A DNA stretch of 48,552 bases from a virus (taxonomy: Duplodnaviria > Caudoviricetes), in IMG/VR virus record IMGVR_UViG_3300037502_002351, positions 1 through 48,552 of that record. The stretch is one strand, 5' to 3'. Of the stretch, positions 28,519 to 40,818 are shown piece by piece (position 1 is the stretch's first letter; each line of letters starts with the position of its first letter). The position numbers and the translations under genes were made by a program. The notes beneath the pieces were generated by a model. That model worked only from the letters and a program-made list of their open reading frames with translations, searched no databases and had not been told where the DNA came from.

Positions 28519-28662
28519 CTATTTCACCTCCTGTGGTGTCGCTAAAATCTCATCGGCTTCTTGCTGTGTGATAAATCCTTTCTGCGCGTAGCTTCTTACT
28601 TGCTGCTCCGTTACCTTTCTAAATACCCACATATTGAGAATGAATTGATACATATCATTCAT
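28519..28662 (-). CDS. XkdX-like small tail protein (47 aa)
   Basis: AAGGAGG RBS; ...KGFITQQEADEI motif. Confidence 0.7.
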   Translation of the reverse strand: MNDMYQFILNMWVFRKVTEQQVRSYAQKGFITQQEADEILATPQEVK

Positions 28663-28680
28663 TCCTCCTTCACTCCTTTA

Positions 28681-29007
28681 TTACAGATAATCCATAAGAG
28701 CGATAATCACAGATTCAGCTGATTCTAATCGCTGTTTCATTTCTGCATTTTCCTGCTTTAACAAGTCTAATTCACTCGGTTGCGGTTGATGTAGTCTTTT
28801 CAGTTCTTCAATTTCTTCGGGTGTAAGCCCTTCTACCCACTTGTTTCCGTCCCACCTTGGTTTATAAAGCCCCTCTGGCACAGGAGTTGCGATCAAGTAT
28901 GGAGGTAATGGATTATCTTCATCAAAATCTTCATCATTAACAATTACGGGCTCGACAAAAAATCCGTCACTATCAATCTTTGATACTTGCTTAATCATTG
29001 TCACCAC
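28681..29007 (-). CDS. Tail fibre assembly-like protein (XkdW-like position)
   Basis: GLYKPRWDGNKWVEG, coiled-coil C-terminus. Confidence 0.65.
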   Translation of the reverse strand: MVTMIKQVSKIDSDGFFVEPVIVNDEDFDEDNPLPPYLIATPVPEGLYKPRWDGNKWVEGLTPEEIEELKRLHQPQPSELDLLKQENAEMKQRLESAESVIIALMDYL

Positions 29008-29011
29008 CTCA

Positions 29012-32000
29012 TTACGTATTGAATATTATTCCGTCTAAACTTACCCAGCGGTTTGAAGCTGTTCCATAGTCCATTATTACTACATCTCCCGATGGTTCAA
29101 TATTCACACGACCAATACCATCCAATGTTAGTACAGGAAAGATTTTTCGATATGAAGGGCGATATCCTGATGGTAATACAAACGCAGCTGTACCCATTGT
29201 TCCATTTTTAATTAGACCTTTGAGACGAATGAATCCAAGTGCATCTTTATAGTAGCCTGCTGTTTCGTATTTGGAACCGAAGTCAGTCCAACCATTTAGA
29301 AATGTCGGGGAAAGCCACCCACGGTCAGGGGTTTTAATAACGTAAGAATCTAGTACATAAGAGTCACCGTACATCGTTACAGAATCCGTCTTTACAGAAT
29401 TAGCCGACAATTGACCGTTGACTTCCAAAGAATGCGTATCTAAAAAAACATAATCGAAACTAGTACGAGAGTCATTTAACTCTCTATAGATTTCTAAAAT
29501 ATTTCCTGTTGCTAGGGTATGGTCGCCTTCAATGACTGCATAGTTGACACCGCTGTCATCCATCATACGAAGTCGTATCTTATGCCTTTGCGATAACTCG
29601 GAGTCTATGGTTAGGTTGCTCGTTTTGAGACTTCCTGAAAATGTACCTGTGGCAGATTCTAATGTAACAGCTCTTAATGTTCCTGCTGTAACCGTTCCTA
29701 AATCTGCTGAAATGGCTGACAATGAAGATACATTTAATTTATCTGCTGTAATAGAAGAAGCTGTAATTTTCGAACCATCTAAGCTTGCAATTTTCGCATT
29801 ATCCACCGCTAAATCATCAATCTTAGCATTAGTAATTGCGGCATTTTCAATCATAGCTGTTGTAATCTTTGCTGTACTTGCATCTAATTGTTCAATTTTA
29901 ATTTTATCAATATATCCACCATTAATTTTTAGTTTGTCTGTAGTTAATACACTTTGACCATTTACTTTCAGTTCACTTGCATCCATTTCTCCTTTGAGAA
30001 CAAGACGAGAATTATTGACATCATAATAGAATTTGTCTATCCAGTTTAATCCTTCTTTAACCTGAAATTTAAAACCATCTGTTGCGTTAAAAATAGCTTT
30101 AACCTTATCGTCACTTCTTGTAACTAAAAGTCCATTAGCTGTATCTATTCTTATTCCATTTGTGTAATCTTTATTTAACTCAACTAAACTATTTTTAAAT
30201 GAAGGGTCTAACTGTTCAGGAGGTAAGCCACCAACAATGTTAATTGATCCACCGTCAATCGTCATACCATATTGATCAAATGTATATTTACCTGAAACAT
30301 TTTCAATATATAAACGTTCTGTAATTGTAATTTTCCCGACAAGATGCTCTGCATAAACACCAGTCGCATCTAACGCTAATTTAAACGTATTACCACCATC
30401 ATTAGTAAATCCAATTACTCCATTTGTCATTCTCACAAATTTATTTGGATCATCTGAACTTATTACTGTGATTCCGCGTCTATCAATTGTTACTGTATTA
30501 TTTACTCCAGCATTAATTCCATTGGTAGCAGGATTCCATTTTCCTTCTAATATTTCATCTATGCTTGTTTTTACATTGTTAACTTGATCCCATTTATATT
30601 TGCTCATATCAATAGTTGACTTTACAGAAATTGAATCGTAAAGTATTTTTGATAATTTCTCCTCATCTTTTTCAATATCAACTGTATTTGCAATTGTTAC
30701 ACTAATGGAGTTATCATCATGATTAATATTCATTTCAATAATTTGAGATTCTACATCAATTCCAAATTTCTCATAATGGATATAAAACTTATCTCCAATT
30801 TGAACTTTATCCCAATCATTTTTTGATTCGATTAACTTGAATAAATTAACGATATCAATATCAATAATTGTTTTTGGCTTCTTTAAATCTTCAAATACTT
30901 TTTTAGCATCATTATACAATTCAACATCATCGTAATAATTTTGATCTTCCCATGTTTCCTCGATAATATAATCATTTAATTCAATAATTTGATCAGGAGT
31001 GAAATGATTTTCAATTGATAAACTGTTTTTTAACTGTTCGATTTGCGTATCAATATTGTTAATTTGATTTTCTAAACTATCAATTTCAGCTTCTTTTGTA
31101 GCTATTTGATTTAACTTTTCTTGCTCTTGTTGCAATTCAACACTTGCATCCATTCCACTTGTTTGTTTTACATCAATAGTATCTTGAATTTGTTTTAATT
31201 CCATTTCTAATGCCGATAACTCGTTTTCTTTTGTTTTTCTCTGTGACTCCAAACTTTCTTTTTGTGTTAGTAATGATTGGAATTCTCCTTCTTTTGTAGC
31301 AACAAATTCTTGATAATCTAATAAAGCATGACACAATCCATCACTCATATATTCACTTGAACTAATTGTGTTTTTATTTTCATCTCGCTGAAAACCTTGC
31401 ATAAAATAAGAAAAATCCTCTATATAATCCGTACCTAGAGGATTTACTCGATGAATAGATAAACCATCTTTACCATATACACGTAATCGTGTTATCATTT
31501 CATCTGAACGTTCTTCTTTACTAAGCGATTTTAAATATTTTCCATATGAAATTCGAAATCCCTTATTAACTCCTATATTTTCTTGCTTCAATAAACTAAT
31601 AGTTTTGTTTTCTGTATTCCATTGAATAATAGCTCCAAACGTTCTTGCTACCTCAAAAACAGCATCTAATATAGTAGTATTATTAAAGTCAAATGAACGA
31701 TATTTTGTTAAAAATTCCGAATCAATATAATCAATCCCCCAAGTTGTTCCACTCAACAAATCCTCTAATACTTGCTGTGCATTGAGAGATTCTTTCCTGA
31801 ATTTTCCATCTATATATACACCAATCCAAGTTCGTATTTTTTTATCCTTTAGCTGATACCCCAAACTATATAATTTAACATTTAAAAATACTTTCCCATT
31901 TTCATTAAATGAATTGTTTAAGTTGGAAATAATAAACCATTCTTTTTGATCTTTAAATGACGCTCTTACTAAATATCGAGATTTTAATTTATCCACGTTT

Positions 32001-32200
32001 GGATTACGTGCAAGAATAAAATTTTTCTCAATTTCGTAAGGAATAGTAAAAGAAAGTTCATTAATTTGCCCAAGTTTTATATTTTGCTCAATATTAAAGG
32101 CTTCAGGTAAACGACCAATAATATTACGATTTGGTTTAGCAATTTCCAACTGTAATTTAGGTAAGTTGTTTGGGTGTATATATTCAATCAACATAAACAC
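29012..32200 (-). CDS. Tail spike / Tal (prophage tail endopeptidase-type) with fibre C-terminus
   Basis: ITRLRVYGKDGL, SITADKL repeats, C-terminal NGW...AFVLPSGYRP...SLDGI; follows Dit. Confidence 0.82.
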   Translation of the reverse strand: MFMLIEYIHPNNLPKLQLEIAKPNRNIIGRLPEAFNIEQNIKLGQINELSFTIPYEIEKNFILARNPNVDKLKSRYLVRASFKDQKEWFIISNLNNSFNENGKVFLNVKLYSLGYQLKDKKIRTWIGVYIDGKFRKESLNAQQVLEDLLSGTTWGIDYIDSEFLTKYRSFDFNNTTILDAVFEVARTFGAIIQWNTENKTISLLKQENIGVNKGFRISYGKYLKSLSKEERSDEMITRLRVYGKDGLSIHRVNPLGTDYIEDFSYFMQGFQRDENKNTISSSEYMSDGLCHALLDYQEFVATKEGEFQSLLTQKESLESQRKTKENELSALEMELKQIQDTIDVKQTSGMDASVELQQEQEKLNQIATKEAEIDSLENQINNIDTQIEQLKNSLSIENHFTPDQIIELNDYIIEETWEDQNYYDDVELYNDAKKVFEDLKKPKTIIDIDIVNLFKLIESKNDWDKVQIGDKFYIHYEKFGIDVESQIIEMNINHDDNSISVTIANTVDIEKDEEKLSKILYDSISVKSTIDMSKYKWDQVNNVKTSIDEILEGKWNPATNGINAGVNNTVTIDRRGITVISSDDPNKFVRMTNGVIGFTNDGGNTFKLALDATGVYAEHLVGKITITERLYIENVSGKYTFDQYGMTIDGGSINIVGGLPPEQLDPSFKNSLVELNKDYTNGIRIDTANGLLVTRSDDKVKAIFNATDGFKFQVKEGLNWIDKFYYDVNNSRLVLKGEMDASELKVNGQSVLTTDKLKINGGYIDKIKIEQLDASTAKITTAMIENAAITNAKIDDLAVDNAKIASLDGSKITASSITADKLNVSSLSAISADLGTVTAGTLRAVTLESATGTFSGSLKTSNLTIDSELSQRHKIRLRMMDDSGVNYAVIEGDHTLATGNILEIYRELNDSRTSFDYVFLDTHSLEVNGQLSANSVKTDSVTMYGDSYVLDSYVIKTPDRGWLSPTFLNGWTDFGSKYETAGYYKDALGFIRLKGLIKNGTMGTAAFVLPSGYRPSYRKIFPVLTLDGIGRVNIEPSGDVVIMDYGTASNRWVSLDGIIFNT

Positions 32201-32205
32201 CTCCT

Positions 32206-32982
32206 TTACATTAAACGTTTAAATCTATATCTAAATTGCAACTTGCAATTACCATTCACTTTCAAATAATTGTAACCAACTACAAAAGAAAGGAATTGAT
32301 TATTAAAATTATTGTATCTGTATGTATTAGGTAAGTTTGTTTCGATACTTTCATTTTCACAATCCACAGTAATTTCTTCACCGTCTAACAAACCAGTAAA
32401 TTTAAATTCTTTACCACCATCTGATAAATTTATGATTGAAACATCACCATCACCGATTTTTTGTATAAATACATCTGGTTTACATTCAAGATCACCATTA
32501 TTTACAAATGTTAAACTACTCCCCATAGTATTATTAGAAAAATCATATACTTGGGTTGTATAAACAGGACTATACGAATAAGGACTATTGCAACGAAAAG
32601 TTAAATTTACATATCCCTGTTTACATCCGTTATGAATTAGTTGTGCGTCATCAACAACAACACAATAATAAATTCGATCTAGATCATTAGAGAAAGATAA
32701 AGGTTGATAATAAGGTTGCTTTAACCATCTACATATTTCACGAATTTTTTGATTATCCCATGTATCTTTAAAAGCGAATGTAACTTGGAATTGTAAAGGT
32801 TCATAATCAAAACCAAAGAAATAGGGAATATCTCTACCTTGTATTTTTTCTTCAATAATTTGTCTTCTTGGTAAAAAAGACTCTTCATAAAGACCATTAT
32901 TCACGCTAACGTTCAACAAACCAAACTCTTCAGATGTTCTTCCAGCATAGATAAAATGAAGTGAATCTCTAATAGTAGACAT
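32206..32982 (-). CDS. Distal tail protein (Dit)
   Basis: Position after the tape measure; LTFRCNSPY, N.GD...P motifs. Confidence 0.8.
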   Translation of the reverse strand: MSTIRDSLHFIYAGRTSEEFGLLNVSVNNGLYEESFLPRRQIIEEKIQGRDIPYFFGFDYEPLQFQVTFAFKDTWDNQKIREICRWLKQPYYQPLSFSNDLDRIYYCVVVDDAQLIHNGCKQGYVNLTFRCNSPYSYSPVYTTQVYDFSNNTMGSSLTFVNNGDLECKPDVFIQKIGDGDVSIINLSDGGKEFKFTGLLDGEEITVDCENESIETNLPNTYRYNNFNNQFLSFVVGYNYLKVNGNCKLQFRYRFKRLM

Positions 32983-33018
32983 ATATCATTTAGTCACCAC
33001 CTTTTAAAAAGTAAAAAG

Positions 33019-33045
33019 GGTAGTGACTGTGATATAGTCACTACC
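33019..33045 (-). terminator. Stem-loop after tape measure gene
   Basis: GGTAGTGACT ... AGTCACTACC followed by a T-run on the - strand. Confidence 0.6.
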
Positions 33046-36000
33046 TTAATATTTGCCCCATTTTTTCAAATTATTTATAATCGTTGTAGATAAGTTGTCT
33101 GCTTCTTGCTTTGAGCCAGTTAATTTATCAATATGAATTGTTAAATAATAATTTGCTACATTGCCACTAGAAGTTGCAAGGGCAGGGGAGAGGGCTTGAA
33201 TATTGCCAATAAAGTTAGGTATTTTTAATGGCGGAATCATTAATTCCCCTTTTAATGCTTTAACAATTTGTTCATTAGGTTTTAAATCCATTAATTTTCT
33301 AAAAGTACGTGTTAGTAAGTTGTCATTTTGTCCAACAATTCCACCTTCGTGATATGCTTTCAAATCTTTTAATTGATTGTAGCTACCATCAGGGAATCCC
33401 CAAAATGCCCGTAAAGCATCATTTTCCTTTTTCAGTTTTTCTTTAGCTTCTTTTGAATTAGTTGATTCATACAGTTGCTTATTTTTCAAATACTCTTGCC
33501 AAGCAATTTTTCGTAATTCATCTTTATTAGTAAATTGAATTCCTAATAATTCTTCATATGACCCATCAATAAATCCATATTTTTGTCGTAATGTTGTGTT
33601 TTCTGCTGCTAATTGCTGTTTCTCTTGAGGAGTTTTTGCTAAATTATATTTTCTCTTATTTTCTAAATATTTTTGCCAAGCTAATAACATTTCCGTATCT
33701 TGCATATTTTGCAAATCTTGCATATTTTGCAACTTTCCTATATTCATTGTAATATCATTCATTAAGTTAGTTAATTCTGCCCAACTTTCTCCCATTTCTC
33801 TTGTAACTTCTTCATTTTTTGCTTTCATTTCATCATAAAAACCTTGTAATATACGCTTAATTTCCTCTACATTCCCATTAATAATATCTTTTCTTATATC
33901 TGCATATCTTTGCTCATCATTTATTAAATTATCGTAATGAAACTCTGTTTCACGTCTAATTTTTTCTAACCGTTCTTTTTCAATTTCATACTTTTCATCT
34001 TCTGCTTCTTTTTTCTCTTCAATTTCTTTTCGGTATGTTTCAAGGGCTTCTTCTAAATTCTCTTTTCTTAATTCTCTTTCTCTTCTCAATTTTAGTTCTT
34101 CGATTTGCTCTGTTAATGTTGCTAATTCTTTTTCCAGTTCAAGTTTTTTTGCTTTTGCTTCAGATGAATTATCAAGAGATAATATAGAGATTCTTTTTTG
34201 TAATTCTAACTGTTCTTTTTGTAATTTCCCTAACTCTTTATTGTAATTTTCTTCTTCAGCCTGTTTGTCAATTAATCCTATTTTTTTATTTATAGTTTCT
34301 TCAAATCGACTCAAATCATCATTATACATTTTCATTTTCTCTTGATGTGCTTTTTTCAAAGCATCCATCTCTTTATCAATGGCTTCTAAAGCAAAATCTT
34401 TTTGTTTTCGATATGATTTTTTGGTTATATCGATTACTTGATCTGCTAACTGTTCACGCACTTGTCTTTCTTTTCTAGCTAATTCTTCTTGTGCAACTAT
34501 AACGTCCCAATAAGCTAATGATAAATCTTCTAATACTTCCCTTAATTCTTTTTGTTTCTCGACCGATAAAGATGTTGTACTCATTAACTTCCTGATTGTT
34601 TCTTGTTCATCAAGAAGCAATTTAGCTTTATCTTGCAATAATTGTTTTTGCAATTGTAATTCTCTATTCCACTCTTCTGAACCTTCTTCATATAACGACA
34701 TAATTTTTGTAGAGCGATCAAGTTTATAATTTAAATCATCAATTTGATCAGAATATTCTCGTATTTTACTATTAATTTTTTCAAACAATAAGTCCTGAAT
34801 ACGCAATTTATTTTCTATACGCTCAAATTCCTTTTCTCTTGCAAGAGCCAATAACTCTTCACGTTTTTGTTGTGAGATATTTTTATTATTTTGTGCTTGA
34901 TAACGTAAAAACCAAATCTCATCATTTAATTTTTTGTCAAGTAAGGTAAGCTGATACGCTTGTTCATTTATCGCTGAACGATAAGCTTCAGATGATTTGT
35001 CGAGACTTTGCGCTTTAAGTCCATATTCCTTTACTTTATTTTGAATATAATTAATTGAATACTCATATTCTGCAATAAAAGAGTCAACTAATTGTTCGTA
35101 TAGTTTTGTGATTTCACTAGATATTCTTTCTGATTGTTGTTTTAGTTTATTAACTTCAATTTTCGCTTCATCAATTGCTTGTTGGACTTCAGCGTTTTGT
35201 CGAGAAGAAACCGATGTATTGGCAGTACCTGTTTTTAATTGCTGATTATAATATTGGATTACTTTCTTTACATAATTTTGTGTTTCTTTAAATGGAGGAA
35301 TGCCACCATATTTCTTTACATTGCCGGGACCCGCATTGTATGCAGCAAGTGCTAATTCAATGTTCCCACCAAAGCGTTGTAATTGTTGTGCTAGATATTT
35401 AACTCCACCCATAATGTTTTGATATGGATCATATGGATTGGTCACACCTAATTCTTTAGCTGTTCCCGGCATTAATTGCATTAAACCCATTGCACCTGCA
35501 CGAGACTTAGCGCGAGGATTGAAGTTTGACTCTTGCTTAATGACAGCTGCAATTAAGAATGGATCTATACCGTATGTTTGGGCAGCTTTATTGATAATGT
35601 CTGCGTATTGTCCTGTGTAAACAGATTTAGATGTTGATTTTTGTGTTACAATGCCTGTTGGTTGAATTTTGCCTGATTTAATTTGGTTTTGTAAATCTTT
35701 TGCTTGATCTTCGTATATTTTCTTTTGTTGTTTCAATAATTCAATTTCTTGTTTTAATGCTTTTTGATATTCTTTAGAATGTTGAGGGAATTTAGATTTG
35801 ATTGCATTAATTCTTTCTAATTCAGTATTAACCTTTTCTAGTGCGTGTTTGTATTTATCTGCAATGTAGATGGAGTGTTCGGTGACTTGATTTGATTTCT
35901 CTTGTTTTCTTGCTGCAACCTCAGATGAAGTACCTACTTGATTTAATCCACTAGAAGCTATATTCATTAATTCATCTATTTTTTTTAATTCTGTAGATAA

Positions 36001-39000
36001 ATCGCCTAATGCAGCAAGCTGATTCGCCAATGCTATTCCTGCTTGATAATTTCCTGAACCAAAAGCTTTAGACATTTGAGAAGAAATTACTGCTCTCTTT
36101 TTTTCTGCGTCAGCTACAGTTTGAATAGCTAAAACTTCACTTTTATACATTCCCAATTTTTCAAGAGTTGCTCTTTTAGTTGCTAATAATTCTTCTCGAA
36201 CTATTTTTAATTTATCAGTATATGCAGATATAGTTGCCGATCTCATAGTTTTTACTGCTTCTATATTAACTTTTATTTGTCCATTTTCAATCGAAATTGC
36301 ATTAGCTAATTCATGATTTTTTTGAATTAATTCCATTGCTTCTGCGGCAGTCAATTGTTTGCCGTTTGCCACATCTTCAAGCAGTTTGTTTAAAACTGTC
36401 ATTTTATCAGAAGCTTCTTTATATGCTTTGTTTAAGTAATCAAAAATATTTGTAACCTGTTCACCGTTATCATAAACATCAGACATGGAATCCGCCATAG
36501 CATCCATTCCATCTGCTCCAGCGTATGTTGCATTAGCTAATTGTTCACTTTTCCTTTTTACTTTTTCAAAAGTAATCTCTAATGAGTTTGCTTGATTATT
36601 TGCTGAACTCATTTGGCTAACATACTCAATTAATGATTCCCTTGCTTTATTAAACGTTTGTGCATTTCCTCTTTCATATGCTTTTTGCATTTTATCAGTC
36701 AACGAAGCAATTTTAATAGAAAATGATTCTAACTCTTTAGGATTTAGTTTTGTAAGGTCAAGTGAAGATATAAAATCTCGTACACTTTTTCTGATTTCTG
36801 GATTAATTTCTAATTTGTTATACGCTTCCGCAACTTTTAAAACTTCATCATTAATTTTCATCGAAGTAGTTGCAAGTTCATTTTCTAATCTACGGAGATC
36901 TTGTTTCATTTTATTTATATATAATGGATCTGCACCTATCTTTTCTAATTCTTTAATTTGCTTTCGTCTGCGCTCTATTTGTTTTTCTAGTCCAAAAAAT
37001 CCATCTATTTTATCGATATTCTCTTCAAAGTTTTTTAAAGCATTTAATTTTATTTCTTCTTGTTTTAATTTAATTAACTCTTTTGTTGCTTCAATTTCCT
37101 TATCTATTGCATTTGCTGATTTTAAATGATATTGTCCCGTAGCGTCAATATGTGAAATAAGATTTGGGAAAATTTCCCCTAATTGTTGTTGAATTTTCAG
37201 ATACTCTTTTTCTTTCTCATTATCCCAATTACCACTTTCTTTTTCTGCTGAAAGTGCTTTATAAGAAGCGATTAATTCTTCAGTTCGCTCTTTATTAGTT
37301 GTTAATGCTTCAATATTTTTTTGTTGAGATTGTTCAAATTCTTCTTGTTTTTGTTTTGCATCTGAATAAAGTTTGATTAATTTTTCAATTGCAAAACCAA
37401 TTACAACAAAAACTGAACCAACAAGTGTAGAAGCAGCAAGACCTCTAAGAGCGGCAGTTGCCCCAGCGGTTACAATTCCTAGTCTACTCATTCCAGCAGT
37501 TAAACCTGCCGCAGCTAACTGTGCCCGTGTCATTCCTTCTGTTCCAAAAATTAGCGAAGTTGTAAATGTTCTAAATCTAGTGCTAAGTAATACAACTGTA
37601 GTGCCTAAAGTTCCAAATACACCTGATAATATACCTATCTTATCAATCATAAAAGAAGATGCGGTTGCAACGTCATTCAAAGTTTCAACCACAGCAATAA
37701 AGCCATCGGTTAACACTGCTGAAGAAGCACTTAAAACTACTTTGTTCCAAGCTGTATCAAGTCTATTCAATCTCGCTTCAAGAGAATCGGAATATTTAAT
37801 TTGCTCACGCATCGCACTACCTTGAGAATTTAAGGCAGTTTCTGAAGCTTCAACTGCTAGATTCCAGTTGTTCATTACATGATTGTTACTCTTCCAATTT
37901 GGAAGGGCTAGGTCATTTCTGCCTAGCTCTCATGCTTTCACATGAGATCGGACTGTACCATGTGCATTAAGCACCGCCTATTACAGTCTCTGAAGCTCCT
38001 CCATAGCAAAAATGCAGTAGGAGTTTGCCTGCTGATTGCCCAATCCTTTGACTTTTCAAGCCATCACGCTTGCTGTTTCCAGCTACGTTGTGGCGTCAAA
38101 GGCTCTAAGGGGTTTCCAGCAATTTAAGGCGTTTTACTTGCGCTAATCCTTAACGCAAGAAATCTGGAGAGCTGGTAACGACCTGCTAATGTACAATATG
38201 TTACCCTATCGGCTTTTTATCCGATAGCTCTTATGGTTTCCCATAAGTTCAGCATACATTTTCACCCTCGACTTTACACGTTAGGGTGGTGGAGACTCTT
38301 GGGGAGATTTTTGCTCTCTTAACGCTCACTCCCTATGCGTTACAAGGACTTGTGATGCAAGCCCTCTCGGTATTACCATATCCAAAAAGGACTTAGGTTT
38401 TACCGATTTTCCCCACTTATAATCTAATATGTTTCCATATTAGACGGCTACTTTTGTAACCCCAATATTTTGACGTTGTTCATCTGATAAGGTCGTCCAT
38501 TTACCAGCCAAATCTTCAAGTATATCACTTACAGGTCTAATGTTACCCGACATATCTCTAATTGAGATATTTACAGAATTTAAAATTGATTCTGCTTCAG
38601 ACATGGTAGTGATTCGGCTAATTATAGTTTTTAACAATCTTGTTACCCATGAGGCTTTTTATCCTCATGTTCTTACACTTTACCATCGTGTAAGTTCGGC
38701 ATACATTTTCTTCCTACTAGGAAGTCGGACACTCGTGGGGATATTGTTAGGTGGCTTTTAAGCACTCCCTTGACCCTCAATCCCTATGCTCTACGGTTCT
38801 GGGTGGTATGCCCAGTTACCTCGGTATTATCCCATATTATTGGAGGACTTTACCGATTTTGCCCGATTTTCACTAACATATTACTATGTTAGGCGGCAAA
38901 TATTTTACCGTTTCCTATAATTGAGCCGGATTCACGCGTTGTGCTTCCGATAGCAGCTATGTAACCAATTAAATCCGACAATTCAACACCAAACGTTTTT

Positions 39001-40746
39001 GCTGTCGATGCACTCTTGCGTAACCCATCAGATAGATCACGTGTGCTTATTGCAAAGTTATTCGTTCCTACCCCTGCTTTCGCAGTATTTGAAAGGGACT
39101 AGACTATACCATCATCTCAATAGAGATGCCTCTTGGTAGTCGTTGAGAGCTTCCCATATCTCATAAGAGACTTAGGGCTATCTCTGCTGATTACCCAATC
39201 CTTTACATTTTCAGATGTCAAACATCGTTTCCAATGTTGACTACTAGTAAAGGCTCTAAGGGCTTCCCAGCATATTCGAGGTTTTCTTATATCATCACTG
39301 ATATAAGGGACTTGTAAACAAATCCACTTCATTCAATTGATCAGCTATTTTTATAGAATCTTCTGCTGTAATATTAAAGTTCAACATTGCTGATGTTAAT
39401 GTGTCAACAGCAGCAGTTGCATCTAAATCTGATATATTTTGCAATACTTGGGCAGTTTTTGTAATGTCTACTAATTGGTTTTCTTCAAAACCCATCCGTC
39501 CAAAATCACCCATAATCTTTAGGACATCAGTTAGCTTCGAAGATAATTGATCAGAAATATTGACTGCTTCGTTTAATAATTCAGTTAATTTAAAATCAGG
39601 AATATCCATAACCCGATTAATATCAACCAATAAAGTGTCAATTTCCACTAGTCTGGAAATCATATCTTCCATCGCTCGAATTGGTGCATAAAAAGCAGTG
39701 GCACTAATCATCCAAATGGGAAATTTTACCATTGCAGTAGACATCATTTCAGCAAATGACATACCTGCCTGTTGAGCTGCTCCTGCTGCACTTTTTGCGT
39801 TTTGTGCTATTTGTTTAAATTGCATTTCTGTTTTTTGTAATTGCTGATTTAAATTTGCTGTTCTTGGTGTTAAATTATTTACACTGTCAATATACTGCTG
39901 TAAAGCACGATTATCTACAAACCCACCATGAGTAGTCTTTATTCTTTGTGCATTTAATAAAGCTTGCTGTCTTGCTAATTCAAGTTTATGTTCATTTTCT
40001 CTTATTCTATTTAGATTTTGTAAATGTTGCTCAAGTCTTTGTATTTGCTGAATATTTTTTGAATTATCAATTGCTTTATTTAATTTTGCTAAATTTTCAG
40101 CAGATATTTTACCTTCATTACTTAACTGTGTTAATTCTTGTTTTAATTTTCTTTTTGAATTAATTAGGTTTTCAGTTGCTTTTCTTTGTTGCTCTAAATT
40201 TGTTACAACTTTTTCGTTATTGAGATTTCCTTGTCCATCATATTTATATGTGATATCTGTAAAATTGTCTTTAAACTGCTCTGTCTTATTTTTTATTTTT
40301 CCCTGTCCGTCTTTATTTACAATTATTTTTTGCAATTTGTCTTGATTCAAAATTGCTTTTTCTAATGCTTTATTTTGTTGTTCTAATGCATTTGTTTCTT
40401 GTTGAATTGCTTGTTTTCTTTTGTCAATTATTTTAGTTGTCTTTTCAATAATTTCTCCACTTTGCAAGTATTTTCGATTAATTTTTTCAATAGTGCCATC
40501 TGTGTTTTTTACAACTTGTTCTTCTTCTTTATATGTTTTATTTAAACCTTGTATTATTTGTTTATGATTATCCATTGCCTTAGAGAAATCATTTATTGTT
40601 TTAATAGCTTTTTCGTCAATATGTATTTTCAACTCTAATTGATCAATTTTATTTTGTAGTTGTTTAAGTTGGTTATTCAGTTCATTAATTGATTTTTGAC
40701 TATCATCAAAAACAGCTTTAACCAATATCTTCAAGTCATTGTTCAA
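33046..40746 (-). CDS. Tape measure protein with SLT lytic transglycosylase domain; spliced complement join(40746..39322,39062..38907,38634..38459,38193..38153,37877..33046), 2209 aa
   Basis: Exons of 1425+156+176+41+4832 = 6630 nt read in frame: NEVD|NNFA, IIGNG|LKTI, NIGV|[14 protein letters not shown]|MNNW; SLT motifs QESNFNP, GLMQLMP, AYNAG. Confidence 0.92.
37878..38152 (-). ncRNA. Group I intron D of tape measure gene (275 nt)
   Basis: P1 CTTGCGT/GCGCAAG; core AATTGCTGGAA, AATCAGCAG, TTCAGAGACT, GGTACAGTCC; terminal G. Confidence 0.9.
38194..38458 (-). ncRNA. Group I intron C of tape measure gene (265 nt)
   Basis: P1 GGT|TAC-AAAA-GTAGCC; core AAATCGGT, AATACCGA, GCATA/TATGC P7; terminal G. 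Confidence 0.88.
38635..38906 (-). ncRNA. Group I intron B of tape measure gene (272 nt)
   Basis: P1 CGGT/GCCG; core AAATCGGT, AATACCGA, GTAGAGCATA, AAATGTATGCC; terminal G. Confidence 0.88.
39063..39321 (-). ncRNA. Group I intron A of tape measure gene (259 nt)
   Basis: P1 GGAT/GTCC; core ATGCTGGGAA, AATCAGCAG, TCAACGACTA, GGTATAGTCT; terminal G. Confidence 0.9.
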
Positions 40747-40818
40747 ATGATAACACTCCTTTCTTCAAGATAATAAAAAAAGAAGTGCCAATTATATTTG
40801 ACACTTCTTTTAGGCGGA

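Noticed and set aside
37855-37875. AACAACTGGAAT as a possible DGR template repeat
   Set aside because: It is the tape-measure NNWN coding sequence; flanks do not match the variable region.
37942-39332. ORF-track calls 37942..38127, 38540..38761 and 39117..39332
   Set aside because: They lie in or antisense to intron cores and exons; no RBS or protein motifs.
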